Counted from the first letter of the stretch, positions 1-9,889 are shown. The stretch is DNA of 64,000 bases from an uncultured Gammaproteobacteria bacterium (GCA_964639945.1 CAZXHY010000001.1:9527-73526); one strand, 5' to 3'. The notes: a model not told the origin generated them from the sequence alone. Made by a program: numbers and translations.

Positions 1-325
1 GTTCTGGAAATATACCGACGTGCTTGAACGAGGTTGGTTTTAGCATAAATGCTATAGAGTCATAATGTACAATCCAAGGTTCTGGCGGTGGTCGCTTGAT
101 TTGCCAGTCTCCGGAATCTTTGTTCGCACGTATGTATAGCGCGTCTGCGTTATCCCAAACCTCTTTGGGTGCAGATATCTGCCATATGGCTCGGGGATCT
201 GGGCGAGCGATCGTATAGCTGCCGAAGCGTTCGAGTTTACCCCCATCACCACTATCGATGAGTTCGTAATCCTTCCAGTCGTCTGGTATAAAAAGTGGAA
301 TGGTGGGTTGAGATACTTGGGTCAT
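1..325 (-). CDS. Class I SAM-dependent rRNA methyltransferase, RlmI/YccW-like, N-terminal PUA-like part. Partial: C-terminus lies beyond the window start.
   Basis: Reverse-strand ORF from ATG at 325 runs off the window with no stop. Own translation: MTQVSQPTIPLFIPDDWKDYELIDSGDGGKLERFGSYTIARPDP...FKHVGIFPE. The 'FKH(T/V)G(I/L)FPEQ' signature and 'LIDSGDG.KLERFG' are typical of RlmI-family N-termini. Absent from the ORF track because it is edge-truncated. Confidence 0.6.
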   Translation of the reverse strand, partial: MTQVSQPTIPLFIPDDWKDYELIDSGDGGKLERFGSYTIARPDPRAIWQISAPKEVWDNADALYIRANKDSGDWQIKRPPPEPWIVHYDSIAFMLKPTSFKHVGIFPE

Positions 326-357
326 ATGAGTTATTTACAATCCGAAGTATATCATGA

Positions 358-801
358 TTACACAGTCAGGGACGCTATGGCGTCTACAATATTTTGCTTG
401 TGATCAAATGCTAGGTGTTGCGGGATTTTGTCCAGCGGGAACCATTTGGTTTCTAGCGCATCATCGCCGTGTCGAGCGTTCTTGTCAGAAACTTCTACTA
501 TATAGACAAGGTTTATAACCTGTTTGGGGTGACGTGATGGGCTACTTCGGACACAAACAAGCGTTGTGCGTGTTACATCGAGGCCAGTTTCTTCTTTGAC
601 TTCACGAGTGACACTTTCCTCTGCGGATTCATCCCATGACACGTATCCTCCGGGGGTCGCCCAAAATTCTTTATATGGTTCGACACCTCGTTTGATAAGG
701 AGAATTTCAGAATCTTTTATGATAACAGCGTCTACAGAGACACCGCGGTTAGCAAATCTGCCACACACAGTACATGGGTCATGTTTGGAAAGCGATGTCA
801 T
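358..801 (-). CDS. NUDIX hydrolase with N-terminal zinc-ribbon
   Basis: Nudix box 'GGYVSWDESAEESVTREVKEETGL' (GX5EX7REUXEEXGU). N-terminal CTVCG motif. ATG at 801. Confidence 0.8.
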   Translation of the reverse strand: MTSLSKHDPCTVCGRFANRGVSVDAVIIKDSEILLIKRGVEPYKEFWATPGGYVSWDESAEESVTREVKEETGLDVTRTTLVCVRSSPSRHPKQVINLVYIVEVSDKNARHGDDALETKWFPLDKIPQHLAFDHKQNIVDAIASLTV

Positions 802-821
802 GATATATCAAATATACTCTA

Positions 822-2465
822 TTATTTCTTTTTGATGGTATATATGTGAGCTAGTGCGTCGGATGTTTTTTCGTATACTCGATCATCTGCGATATAGTGC
901 TCAAAGAATGGAGTTTTTGCGAGGGTAAGTTTGTTTTGTTCCGATAATCCGACAAAATATATACTCGTTTCATGACGCTCGAGTAGCTCTATGATTTCTT
1001 CTAGTGTGAGTATACCATCGGGGTCTATGTATGCTACGTTCCGGAAGCGGAGAATAACAGTTTTTGATTGCGGTGCCATGCGGTGTATGCGCAAAAGATG
1101 CGCGTCGCGATTGAGATAGGTGAGATCTGTGTTAAATGAGTATACAAATGGGTCGCCTCCATTTTCTAATGCTTCTAGATTTTCACCTACGATGCGGTTG
1201 GTAAGTTTTTTGTTATTATTTACCAAAATTTCATAATCACCTGCACTTAATCGCTGTACTTGTCGAAGCAGCATGACGATCGACCCTAAGCTTACGGCAA
1301 TGATAGGATCTGCGCTTATGGTTACGATGCCTACAACGAGTGATATGAAAAAAGAGGCTTTGTCATGTCGATACAGAAATACAAAATGTTCTTGTTCGAT
1401 CATGTTTATGGCAACATTTACGAGAATAGCGGCGACTATGGGGAGCGGAAGATATTGAAACATTTGAAAGAATACAACGCAAACAATACCGATGGTAATA
1501 GCAGAAACCAATGCGGAAATTCTACTATTTGCCCCTGATTTAATGTTGAGACTTGTCCGTGCGAGTGCTGCGGTGACAGGGATGCCCCCCATAAATCCTG
1601 AGGTAATATTTGCAAGCGCAAGGGCTAGCATTTCTTTGCGTTCGTTAAACCGAGTTTTGGTCATAAGATTTGCTACTTTTGCTGAAAGCATGGTCTCTAT
1701 GATGGCAATAATTGCAATTACCGAAGCGCTTTGGAATAAATATCCAGTAACAAAAAATTTAGGAAACGCGGTAGGAAAAAGGTGGAGCGTAAGTGTGCCA
1801 TATTTGGAAAATAATGTAGGTATAGAGATAGGAATGATACCGATAGTAGATGTGTACCCGAGGACAATTCCGATAAGAGCGAGAAGTATGGCTCCCGGAA
1901 TAAATGGAAATTTTTTCCTTATAAATATGAGAAATGATAATCCTATGCCAAATACCACGATAGATTCTGTTTGTGCATGGGGTAATATCCGTATGGATTC
2001 AATGATATTTAATATGAGGCTTTCGTGAGCGACTGTTGGTTTGAGGGCAAATGCATTATTAAGTTGACCTAGACCAATGATACATGCGACTCCCAGCGTG
2101 AAGCCATGAATGACTGCTCCTGGGATATATATGAGATATTTATGAAAATTGAATAGCCACGCCACCAGTATGATGAGTCCAACTAGAATAGTGAGCATGG
2201 ATGCGGAAGCAAAACCATGAGCTAAGATGAACGTTAAGATAAGTCCAGACAAAGCTCCCGTTGGGCCGATTATGTTATACGCAGATCCTCCAAAAAGTGC
2301 TGCGATGACTCCTCCCCAAAATGCAGAAAGGACCCCTATGACAGGAGAGGCGCCTGAGGCAAGAGCAAGTGATATAGATAGTGGGATAGATACTAGCCCG
2401 ACTGTGATTCCCGGCTTCAGATTTATTCGAGTTTTTTCTGAGTATTTTTGAAACGTTTTTTTCAT
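822..2465 (-). CDS. SulP family sulfate/inorganic anion permease with C-terminal STAS domain
   Basis: 547 aa polytopic membrane protein. Typical SulP N-terminus (KPGITVGLVSIPLSISLALASGASPVIG) and a C-terminal STAS-like domain (ILVNNNKKL...VILRFRNVAYIDPDG). Confidence 0.85.
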   Translation of the reverse strand: MKKTFQKYSEKTRINLKPGITVGLVSIPLSISLALASGASPVIGVLSAFWGGVIAALFGGSAYNIIGPTGALSGLILTFILAHGFASASMLTILVGLIILVAWLFNFHKYLIYIPGAVIHGFTLGVACIIGLGQLNNAFALKPTVAHESLILNIIESIRILPHAQTESIVVFGIGLSFLIFIRKKFPFIPGAILLALIGIVLGYTSTIGIIPISIPTLFSKYGTLTLHLFPTAFPKFFVTGYLFQSASVIAIIAIIETMLSAKVANLMTKTRFNERKEMLALALANITSGFMGGIPVTAALARTSLNIKSGANSRISALVSAITIGIVCVVFFQMFQYLPLPIVAAILVNVAINMIEQEHFVFLYRHDKASFFISLVVGIVTISADPIIAVSLGSIVMLLRQVQRLSAGDYEILVNNNKKLTNRIVGENLEALENGGDPFVYSFNTDLTYLNRDAHLLRIHRMAPQSKTVILRFRNVAYIDPDGILTLEEIIELLERHETSIYFVGLSEQNKLTLAKTPFFEHYIADDRVYEKTSDALAHIYTIKKK

Positions 2466-2540
2466 ACGTGTTGCTTAGTTTTCAAAATTGACATTTTTTT
2501 AGTATAAAGGTAATGCCAAGAGAGGTAAATATACGGTATC

Positions 2541-3047
2541 TTACAATTTTCGACTATCATAGGCCCAGTGAAGAAGTGCCTGTCGTTGCCTCGATCGACA
2601 ATTCCAATCATACCGATAACAGTGTCGCTTGATCTGTGCTATATGTCTAGTCATCGCTTTCCATCGTTGTATTTGTCGTGCGTCATCTTCGTGACGTCGC
2701 CCCATAAAGTAGCGACAATACCACTGGAACCATCCTCGTGGATCGTCTGGGTGTATCCAATCTTTTTTCCGCCACTCAGCGAGTGGTTGACTCGCATCCA
2801 CACCAAAAAAATTTAATGCAGGGTCGTGTCGCGAGGTGCATAACTTTGCTTTGGTGAACCACGATGTTGGAAATTCATTTGTGCAGTCAGTCATGTATTT
2901 GCCACCAAATATACCAAGAGCGAGCATCTCTTTGGGAGTAAGCTCTGGTTTAAACGACGGGTCAAAGTTTTTGCCGACAGGTTCGGTCAGCAAATAGCGG
3001 TAATTGCTTTGCATGAGGTCGTTTACCACGACAACTTTTGGAATCAT
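2541..3047 (-). CDS. Conserved hypothetical protein with a '[18 protein letters not shown]' motif; possibly the DUF4385 family (uncertain)
   Basis: 168 aa soluble ORF. 4-nt ATGA overlap with the upstream DUF1295 gene indicates operon membership. Family assignment is from memory only. Confidence 0.5.
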   Translation of the reverse strand: MIPKVVVVNDLMQSNYRYLLTEPVGKNFDPSFKPELTPKEMLALGIFGGKYMTDCTNEFPTSWFTKAKLCTSRHDPALNFFGVDASQPLAEWRKKDWIHPDDPRGWFQWYCRYFMGRRHEDDARQIQRWKAMTRHIAQIKRHCYRYDWNCRSRQRQALLHWAYDSRKL

Positions 3048-3808
3048 ATATGCTTAGGGGGCCATGGGAAAAAGACACTTGTTCGTTTTTTATATGCATC
3101 AAATTCTGGGCGTCCTATATATTTTTTTTCTAGTAGTGGCACGCCTGAAACAAAGAGTATCAGCCAAGTAATTGTAAGAGGGCCAATAATTGTCAAAACG
3201 CCATCAGGGAGTCCGAGGGCTATACCATATATACCCCACCACATCGCCACTTCTCCAAAATAATTTGGATGTCTGGTGTACTTCCATAGACCGGTTTGCA
3301 TAATTTTTCCATGATTTGTTGGGTTTTGTACAAATCGAGCAAGCTGGGCATCACCCACTACTTCAAAATAAAACCCGATAATCCATATGGCCAATCCGAT
3401 AAAATCCTGAGTGTGTAGAGGGTAGGCGAGTGTGAGATTTATATACACAGCGGGAAGTGCGATGAGGTAGAGGAATGCTCCTTGGAGCATAAATATTTGC
3501 ACAAAACTTCGGAGATACACATGTTTCCACTCTTTTCGCCAAGTCGCATAGCGTGAATCCTCAGGTTTATCTTTGTTACGGCGATATATGTGTCGTGCAA
3601 GACGATATCCCCATAGGGATATCGCAATATTTACCACAAAAGCTCGAGTCGAATGTTCTCCGAAAAGATAGCTAGTCCAACAAAGTAGCGGAAAACCAAG
3701 TCCCCACGCAATGTCTGCTACATCGTTTCGTTTTTTGATGATTGCGACACGAAACCATATACACATGTAGAGAAACAAGATTATTGCAAAAATTCCGTAT
3801 GGATTCAT
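3044..3808 (-). CDS. DUF1295 family membrane protein (ICMT / steroid 5-alpha-reductase-like methyltransferase fold)
   Basis: 254 aa, multiple TM segments. C-terminal '[16 protein letters not shown]' motif characteristic of DUF1295/ICMT-like proteins. Confidence 0.7.
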   Translation of the reverse strand: MNPYGIFAIILFLYMCIWFRVAIIKKRNDVADIAWGLGFPLLCWTSYLFGEHSTRAFVVNIAISLWGYRLARHIYRRNKDKPEDSRYATWRKEWKHVYLRSFVQIFMLQGAFLYLIALPAVYINLTLAYPLHTQDFIGLAIWIIGFYFEVVGDAQLARFVQNPTNHGKIMQTGLWKYTRHPNYFGEVAMWWGIYGIALGLPDGVLTIIGPLTITWLILFVSGVPLLEKKYIGRPEFDAYKKRTSVFFPWPPKHI

Positions 3809-4203
3809 AACCCTAGGCGACGTGCTATAAAAAAACTAACTGTCGAAACACATGTAGCAAGCACTGTTCCCCAGATGAGATCGACGATCGTTACTAAAAG
3901 CGGCCAATTGGCGACAGTGGCAAGATTGGTCAGGTCGTAGGTAGCGTATGTAATAAGTCCAAAGAGTGCTCCGTAGAGCACGGCGTGGTTCCATGATTGA
4001 AGTTTTAACGCAGGTTCAATCACAAACACAACAAGTCCCACGATAAAAAGGAGATAAAAAATTATCGCAGCAGCCCAGTTTACATTTGGTGTCATGAGGA
4101 ATCCTATTTGTTTTTGATAGAAGTTTTTGGCTATCAAACCAAGCCAGAGCATATCGATAATAAAAAACACAGGTAATGCGATAGCGTAGAGTTTTAGGAA
4201 CAT
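3805..4203 (-). CDS. Small integral membrane protein, DUF2177-like
   Basis: The ORF track gives 3805..4260, but the start was moved to the internal Met ([14 protein letters not shown]...) so it abuts the TspO stop at 4206. Four predicted TM helices. 4-nt overlap with the downstream gene. Confidence 0.5.
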   Translation of the reverse strand: MFLKLYAIALPVFFIIDMLWLGLIAKNFYQKQIGFLMTPNVNWAAAIIFYLLFIVGLVVFVIEPALKLQSWNHAVLYGALFGLITYATYDLTNLATVANWPLLVTIVDLIWGTVLATCVSTVSFFIARRLGL

Positions 4204-4205
4204 AA

Positions 4206-4604
4206 TTAGAGATTTAGCAGCGTAATGTTTATCTGTAAAATTGTAGCAAATGACACCCAAAGTCCATAGGGAATGTTGGCATAGACGATGCGTTTATCGT
4301 ATCGCCAGATTGCGTTTGCTGCCCACACTTGAGTCATCAAAACCAATAAAATATCTGCGCATGCCCATAGGTTATTTCTGAGAGTGAATTGGATGGGAGA
4401 AAAAGCGAAATTGAAAATGAGGTTGAGAATAAATGGTGTGGCGACTGCTCGTGGAAGCTCCCCTTTTGCTACACGATAAAAAACATATCCAAAAGTGATT
4501 GCTATGATTACGTAAAGCAATGACCACACAGGGCCAAATAGCCAATTTGGGGGCGCCCATGAGGGTTTGATAAGGAGTGAGTACCAAGAGTAGGCATTAT
4601 TCAT
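4206..4604 (-). CDS. tspO: TspO/MBR family tryptophan-rich sensory protein
   Basis: 'LIKPSWAPPNWLFGPVWSLLY' is the canonical TspO signature. 132 aa with five TM segments. Confidence 0.85.
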   Translation of the reverse strand: MNNAYSWYSLLIKPSWAPPNWLFGPVWSLLYVIIAITFGYVFYRVAKGELPRAVATPFILNLIFNFAFSPIQFTLRNNLWACADILLVLMTQVWAANAIWRYDKRIVYANIPYGLWVSFATILQINITLLNL

Positions 4605-4681
4605 AATAATTTAACTGTAGTTTATAGCGGGTATGCTGCACAAGCACATAAGTCTTTTATGATAGAAAAACGCGCAATGGG

Positions 4682-5401
4682 TTATTTAAGAAAGCTAAAT
4701 GTGGAAAGTGTAGTTTTTCCGACCTCGAAAGACTTACTTCCGCGGGTTTGATTAAATTGATCAAAAAGGTATATTTTCCCTTTGTGACTGATCACCGAAA
4801 TGGTGCTTTCCCCGCGCTGGGCGGAGTTTACGGTGCCTGAGGCGACTATACCCGCCTCTCCTCCGATGAGAGTAGTAGATAGCGTGAATTTGGGTAAATC
4901 TAAAGACGCTGGCTGCGGTTGTGATGCGTCATAAAAATCTTTCACTAATTGGTTGTATTTTTCGACACCTTCCGTTTTCCACCAATCGGCTGCAGTTTTC
5001 TGTGATGGATATACATAGAGGGTGAATAGTATAGAGTCACTATTTGGGATACCCACGGAATACTCGCGTGTAGTTTTTAGTGCGGTGGTATCTTTTACTG
5101 TGTCAAATACTTCATAGGTGTCTGGTTGGTATTGGAAAGAAAAATCCTCTGTCGCGTAGTACTTCCATCCAGGAATCTGTGCCGTTTGAGCCGTTATCTC
5201 GGCTGGTGTCGGGGTGGGCACTATCGGGCCAGATGAATCGACCATGAGCTTTAGAGAAAGGAGATCGTGGGAGAGTTTGGTGTTTTGATTCAGAAGATAA
5301 GCTACGGTACTTCCAAGTCCAATCGTTATGACAAAAATAATCCAAAAGAGTATTTGAAAGATGTGAGATGAGCTACTGTCACTTTGAAGATCTTCTTCCA
5401 T
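4682..5401 (-). CDS. Hypothetical membrane-anchored/secreted protein
   Basis: 239 aa. N-terminal TM helix (IFQILFWIIFVITIGLGSTVAYLL) followed by a soluble domain. A TACAAT -10 element sits 6 nt upstream of the ATG, suggesting a leaderless transcript. No recognised domain. Confidence 0.5.
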   Translation of the reverse strand: MEEDLQSDSSSSHIFQILFWIIFVITIGLGSTVAYLLNQNTKLSHDLLSLKLMVDSSGPIVPTPTPAEITAQTAQIPGWKYYATEDFSFQYQPDTYEVFDTVKDTTALKTTREYSVGIPNSDSILFTLYVYPSQKTAADWWKTEGVEKYNQLVKDFYDASQPQPASLDLPKFTLSTTLIGGEAGIVASGTVNSAQRGESTISVISHKGKIYLFDQFNQTRGSKSFEVGKTTLSTFSFLK

Positions 5402-5420
5402 GCAACAATTGTAGCATATG

Positions 5421-5444
5421 TTTTTATGAGCGGGATAAGGGAAT
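5421..5444 (-). repeat. 24-nt direct repeat of the tRNA-Gly 3' end (mid T-loop through discriminator plus 9 nt)
   Basis: 'tttttatgagcgggataagggaat' is identical at 5421-5444 and 5622-5645. Degenerate similarity continues a few nt beyond. Confidence 0.8.
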
Positions 5445-5627
5445 AAGAGCTTGCTCGTATTTTTAGAATAACTTCGTTATACATCTAAAAATACTGTGCT
5501 TCCTCCTTATAACTTCCACAATAGTGATCCTTCGTTTTCACTATTGTGGGTTAGCGAACCCAAGAGTGTTGCACCCGCAATTCATTCATATAAAGATAAC
5601 GCGAGCTTCGCTCACATTATTTTTTTA

Positions 5628-5700
5628 TGAGCGGGATAAGGGAATCGAACCCTCTTCTCATCCTTGGGAAGGATGCATACTACCACTGTACTAATCCCGC
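5628..5700 (-). tRNA. tRNA-Gly (anticodon CCC)
   Basis: Reverse complement is GCGGGATTAGTACAGTGGTAGTATGCATCCTTCCCAAGGATGAGAAGAGGGTTCGATTCCCTTATCCCGCTCA. Cloverleaf foldable by hand. Anticodon loop is TTCCCAA and the T-loop is TTCGATT. Confidence 0.85.
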
Positions 5701-5763
5701 AAAAGAACCACATCTCATATTAGCATGAGTGTATGATGTCAGCCAATTTGGGTTTACCAAATA

Positions 5764-6312
5764 CTATGGCAACTGCAACACGTTTCCAGCATGAATAGTG
5801 TTGGGATTCGTCAAATTATTTTTCTTTGCAATCTCCTCCCAACGGAATCCAGTACCGTACACATCTGCTGATATGGTCCACAATGTTTCGCCGTGTTTGA
5901 CAGTGTATTTGCCATCTGTTGGCATTTTCACCTCGACACTGTTGGACAGTGTTTGTCCTTCGGGTCGTTTTGGAACATTTGGAACAGTAAGTTTTTGTCC
6001 AACCTCAATCAGGTTGGCATCAGTCAGAGTATTTGCTGTTGCTATATCTACCCAGTTGTAACCACTGCCAAAATATTTTTGTGCAATGCTCCACAAAGAG
6101 TCTCCTGCCGTAACTGTGTAAGTGGCGGGAAGTGACATATTTGTTTCACTTTTTTGCTGTTCTTTTTTTGTTTCAGATTTAGCGGTGTCTGCTTTCTTTT
6201 CTTGAATATAGTTAAAGATAAGGACACCCGTAACTATAACCACCGCAACGCCTAAAAATAATGACACGAGAGAATCTGGGTTTTTGAGTTGTTTTGTAAC
6301 GTCTTCAATCAT
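5764..6312 (-). CDS. LysM domain-containing protein (two LysM repeats), membrane-anchored
   Basis: Two LysM motifs (YTVTAGDSLWSIAQKY...; YTVKHGETLWTISADVYG...). Start placed at the internal ATG (MIEDV...), which is preceded by GGAGGA 9 nt upstream; the ORF track starts at 6375. Confidence 0.8.
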   Translation of the reverse strand: MIEDVTKQLKNPDSLVSLFLGVAVVIVTGVLIFNYIQEKKADTAKSETKKEQQKSETNMSLPATYTVTAGDSLWSIAQKYFGSGYNWVDIATANTLTDANLIEVGQKLTVPNVPKRPEGQTLSNSVEVKMPTDGKYTVKHGETLWTISADVYGTGFRWEEIAKKNNLTNPNTIHAGNVLQLP

Positions 6313-6414
6313 CTTGTTTGTTTCCTCCGTTCTAGGCAGTGATAGTGGGGCAGGTGTGGCATTCATGCAACGCATGAATACAAGAACTCTTTATTTGATA
6401 TAAAGATTCTAGTG

Positions 6415-6489
6415 CGGGACCGAAGGGACTCGAACCCTCGACCTCCTCCTTGACAGGGAGGCGCTCTAACCAGGCTGAGCTACGATCCC
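6415..6489 (-). tRNA. tRNA-Asp (anticodon GTC)
   Basis: Reverse complement is GGGATCGTAGCTCAGCCTGGTTAGAGCGCCTCCCTGTCAAGGAGGAGGTCGAGGGTTCGAGTCCCTTCGGTCCCGC. Anticodon loop is CTGTCAA. Confidence 0.85.
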
Positions 6490-6577
6490 AAAATGTCGGG
6501 TCAAATACCAAATGATTATAATAGAAAATTGAGCTCATAACAATGGTGTGTTAGCATGGGAGAAGAAAATAACTATT

Positions 6578-8353
6578 ATGACGAATTTAGAAATTGCAGA
6601 ACTTCTTCGAAAAGTTGCGGCAGCGTATCAGATACTGAACGAAAATCGATTTCGAGTCATAGCTTACCAGCGAGCAGCGGATAGTGTGGAACATTTGACG
6701 AGCGAGCTTAAAGACTACTGGGATGACAACAAATTGGATGAGGTGTCTGGGGTGGGATCTACGATAGCTGAACATCTAGATGAGTTATTTAAGACTGGAA
6801 AGTCCACTCATTGGGAAAGTGTGTTTGCAAAAGTCCCACAGGGCGTGTTTCCTTTGCTTTTGGTTCCGGGGATTGGCCCCAAAAAAGCTTATGCACTCGT
6901 TACTGAGTTGAAGCTCGGCGGCGAAAAGACAGTAATATCAGATTTAGAGCAAGCGGCAAAAGCGGGTAAAATAGCCACAATGGAAGGATTTGGGGAGAAA
7001 TCCCAGACCGTGATACTGGAGGCTATAGAGATATATAAACGTGGGCAGATAAAAGAAAATCGCATGCCTCTGCCAGCCGCAGATGCCATAGCACGCGAAA
7101 TTATCGAATATTTGAAGGCAGGGGGTCACGTTGATCGAGCAGATGTGCTAGGAAGCCTACGACGTAGCGTATCAACGATTGGAGATATCGACATAGCGGT
7201 AGCTACAAGTAAACCAGAGCTCGTTTTGGATCACTTCGTCTTGTTCCCTCATCAGAAACTTGTGGATCATGGCGCAAGTGGCGCTACGCTTCTTTTGCAC
7301 AACGGTCGACAGGTGGATTTGCGTGTCCAAAACCTTTCGTCATACGGTGCGATGCTTCAATACTTCACTGGAAGCAAAAATCATAATGTTCGGCTTCGGG
7401 AGTTGGCACTTCGAAAAGGAATTTCGCTTTCTGAGCATGGAATTAAAGATGTAAAGACGGGCAAAATACGTTTGTATGAGACCGAAGAATCATTTTACAA
7501 AGCTGTTGGGTTACCGTGGATACCTCCAGAGCTTCGGGAGGACAAAGGAGAGATAGATGCAGCCAAAGAAGGAGAACTGCCAAAGCTTGTTGAGCTGTCC
7601 GACATAAAAGGCGATTTGCATATGCATACAAATTACGATTTGTCGTCATCTCATGATGTGGGAAAAAATCCGCTTGGGGATCATCTGGATAAGGCAAAAG
7701 AATTAGGCTACGACTACATAGGGATAAGCGATCATAACCCAAGTTTGTCCAATCATACTGAAAAAGACATTGTGTCCATCATGAAGCGCCGTAAGGATGA
7801 TTATGAACAATTATATACCTCGTGGCAGAAACGTGAAAAGGATCGAGTACAATATTTCCTCATGTGTGAGGTAGATATTCTAACAGACGGGAAATTAGCA
7901 TTGCCGGAATCTGCATTTGAATACGTCGACGCAGTCGTAGTTTCTTTGCATTCTGGTTTTACCCAAAGCCGTGCGGTGGTGACTGATCGAATTATCAGGG
8001 CGCTGACGAGCCACCCAAAAGTGCGAATATTCGGTCACCCGACTGGTAGACTACTTGGGAGTCGAGAAGGTGCAGATGCAGATTGGCAAGCTGTGCTTGC
8101 GGTTGCTAAAGAAAAAGATATAGCTATGGAGATAAATTCTTATCCAGATAGGCTAGACTTTCCTGACCCCTTGGTATATGACGCGATTAAACATGGAGTG
8201 CGATTTACTATAGACACAGACGCGCATGCTGTAGAGCACATGGACCTGATGCGATACGGTGTATCCGTGGCGCGACGTGGGTGGGCGACAAAACGTGACA
8301 TTATCAATACACTTGGGTATAATGATTTTAAGTCTTGGTTGATAAAAAAATAA
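6578..8353 (+). CDS. polX: DNA polymerase X family protein (Pol beta-like polymerase with C-terminal PHP phosphoesterase domain)
   Basis: N-terminal HhH region (NLEIAELLRKVAAAYQILNENRFRVIAYQRAADS). Central nucleotidyltransferase region (GSLRRSVSTIGDIDIAV). C-terminal PHP with HMHTNYD...SDHNP...H motifs. ATG at 6578 preferred over the GTG at 6548 in the ORF track. Confidence 0.85.
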   Translation: MTNLEIAELLRKVAAAYQILNENRFRVIAYQRAADSVEHLTSELKDYWDDNKLDEVSGVGSTIAEHLDELFKTGKSTHWESVFAKVPQGVFPLLLVPGIGPKKAYALVTELKLGGEKTVISDLEQAAKAGKIATMEGFGEKSQTVILEAIEIYKRGQIKENRMPLPAADAIAREIIEYLKAGGHVDRADVLGSLRRSVSTIGDIDIAVATSKPELVLDHFVLFPHQKLVDHGASGATLLLHNGRQVDLRVQNLSSYGAMLQYFTGSKNHNVRLRELALRKGISLSEHGIKDVKTGKIRLYETEESFYKAVGLPWIPPELREDKGEIDAAKEGELPKLVELSDIKGDLHMHTNYDLSSSHDVGKNPLGDHLDKAKELGYDYIGISDHNPSLSNHTEKDIVSIMKRRKDDYEQLYTSWQKREKDRVQYFLMCEVDILTDGKLALPESAFEYVDAVVVSLHSGFTQSRAVVTDRIIRALTSHPKVRIFGHPTGRLLGSREGADADWQAVLAVAKEKDIAMEINSYPDRLDFPDPLVYDAIKHGVRFTIDTDAHAVEHMDLMRYGVSVARRGWATKRDIINTLGYNDFKSWLIKK

Positions 8354-8367
8354 GGAGGATTGTGTAT

Positions 8368-8922
8368 ATGAATCTTTACTACATACTTGGAGCCGTTGGA
8401 TTATTTCTTCTCTATGTTTGGTCTCTCTACAATGGCCTAGTTGGCATGAAAGCAGCCATAGAAGAGGCGTGGAGTCAGATAGATGTTCAGCTAAAACGTC
8501 GCGCAGACCTTATCCCAAATCTCGTAGAGACGGTTAAAGGATATGCGAAACATGAAAAGACAGTGTTTACTGATGTCACGAAGGCGCGTAGCGCGCTTAT
8601 GGGTGCCAAGTCTATGGATAGCAAAGCAGAAGCAAGCGATATGCTTACTGGAGCACTTGGAAAGTTGTTTGCTATCGCCGAAGCATACCCACAGCTACAA
8701 GCAAATACTTCTTTTGTGCAGTTGCAAAAAGAGTTATCTGACACAGAGGATAAAGTGGCGTATTCACGTCAATATTACAATTCTACTGTTATGGACTATA
8801 ACGTAAAAATTCAACTGTTCCCAAATTCTTTGATCGCAGGCCAGCTTGGGTTTAAAGCCAAAGAGTTCTTTGGTGCGTCTGAGGCTGAGCGTAAAAGTGT
8901 GAAAGTGGAATTTGACAAATAA
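8368..8922 (+). CDS. lemA: LemA family protein
   Basis: N-terminal TM helix, then the LemA-typical region (WSQIDVQLKRRADLIPNLVETVKGYAKHE...YYNSTVMDYN). AAGGAGG lies 9 nt before the ATG at 8368. Confidence 0.85.
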   Translation: MNLYYILGAVGLFLLYVWSLYNGLVGMKAAIEEAWSQIDVQLKRRADLIPNLVETVKGYAKHEKTVFTDVTKARSALMGAKSMDSKAEASDMLTGALGKLFAIAEAYPQLQANTSFVQLQKELSDTEDKVAYSRQYYNSTVMDYNVKIQLFPNSLIAGQLGFKAKEFFGASEAERKSVKVEFDK

Positions 8923-8989
8923 TCTATATCCCCGAAAATGCGCGGGGATCCTCACGTTGTAGGATTTCTGCTCTGGGATATATACAACC

Positions 8990-9889
8990 ATGAGTATTCA
9001 ATCTTCGATTCGGTCAAATGTAACGAAAACGTATTTTCTCATGACTGGCTTTATTGCTTTCGTCATTTTATTTTCATATGTGTTGGGTCAAGGGCTGGGG
9101 TATGGGAATGGGTTCATGTGGTTTGCTGTCCTTATAAGTATAGGATCTAGCCTTATAAGTTATTATTGGGGCGATTCGCTAGTTTTGGCTATAAGTGGGG
9201 CCAGACCCGCAGATAGAAAGCGAGATTTTGACTTTTTTACTGTAGCAGAAAATCTATCTATAGCCGCAGGAATTCCCAAACCTAGGCTGTATGTGATAGA
9301 AGATACCGCAATGAATGCATTCGCCACAGGTCGAGATCCTGAGCATGCGGTGGTGTGTGCTACCACAGGAATTCTCGATCGACTTGACCGTAGAGAGCTA
9401 GAGGGAGTTATCGCACACGAGCTTTCCCATATCAAAAATTTTGATATACGACTTATGGCAGTGGTCGCGGTGCTAGTAGGCTCCGTGGCATATATGGCGG
9501 ACATATTCCTTCGAACGCTATGGTGGGGCGGGAGAGATCGAGATCGGAATAACGATAATAGCCTAGGGCCAATTCTGCTTGTGGTAGGTATTGTGCTTGC
9601 GATCCTTTCTCCAATTCTTGCTAGTATCATTCAGCTTGCTGTGTCTCGTAATCGAGAATTTTTGGCAGATGTGTCGGGTGCTGAGCTTACTCGATATCCA
9701 GAAGGTCTTGCACGTGCGCTCGAGAAGCTAGATAAAGATAAAGAAGTCCTCGAAGCCGCCACAAACGCAACGGCGCATCTGTATATAACCAATCCATTTA
9801 AAGATAAAAATTTTGGCGCGTGGTTTGCGGGACTGTTTAATACGCACCCACCGATTGAAGAACGTGTTAAAAGATTGCGTGCCATGTAA
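8990..9889 (+). CDS. htpX: M48 family zinc metalloprotease HtpX
   Basis: HEXXH motif 'HELSHIKNFD' with flanking TM helices. Classic LemA-HtpX gene pair. Confidence 0.85.
   Translation: MSIQSSIRSNVTKTYFLMTGFIAFVILFSYVLGQGLGYGNGFMWFAVLISIGSSLISYYWGDSLVLAISGARPADRKRDFDFFTVAENLSIAAGIPKPRLYVIEDTAMNAFATGRDPEHAVVCATTGILDRLDRRELEGVIAHELSHIKNFDIRLMAVVAVLVGSVAYMADIFLRTLWWGGRDRDRNNDNSLGPILLVVGIVLAILSPILASIIQLAVSRNREFLADVSGAELTRYPEGLARALEKLDKDKEVLEAATNATAHLYITNPFKDKNFGAWFAGLFNTHPPIEERVKRLRAM

Noticed and set aside
6332-6538. 68-aa ORF overlapping tRNA-Asp
   Set aside because: Covers a confidently folded tRNA gene; spurious.
9163-9885. Minus-strand ORFs antisense to htpX
   Set aside because: Ser/Arg-rich low-complexity translations opposite a well-supported HEXXH protease gene.
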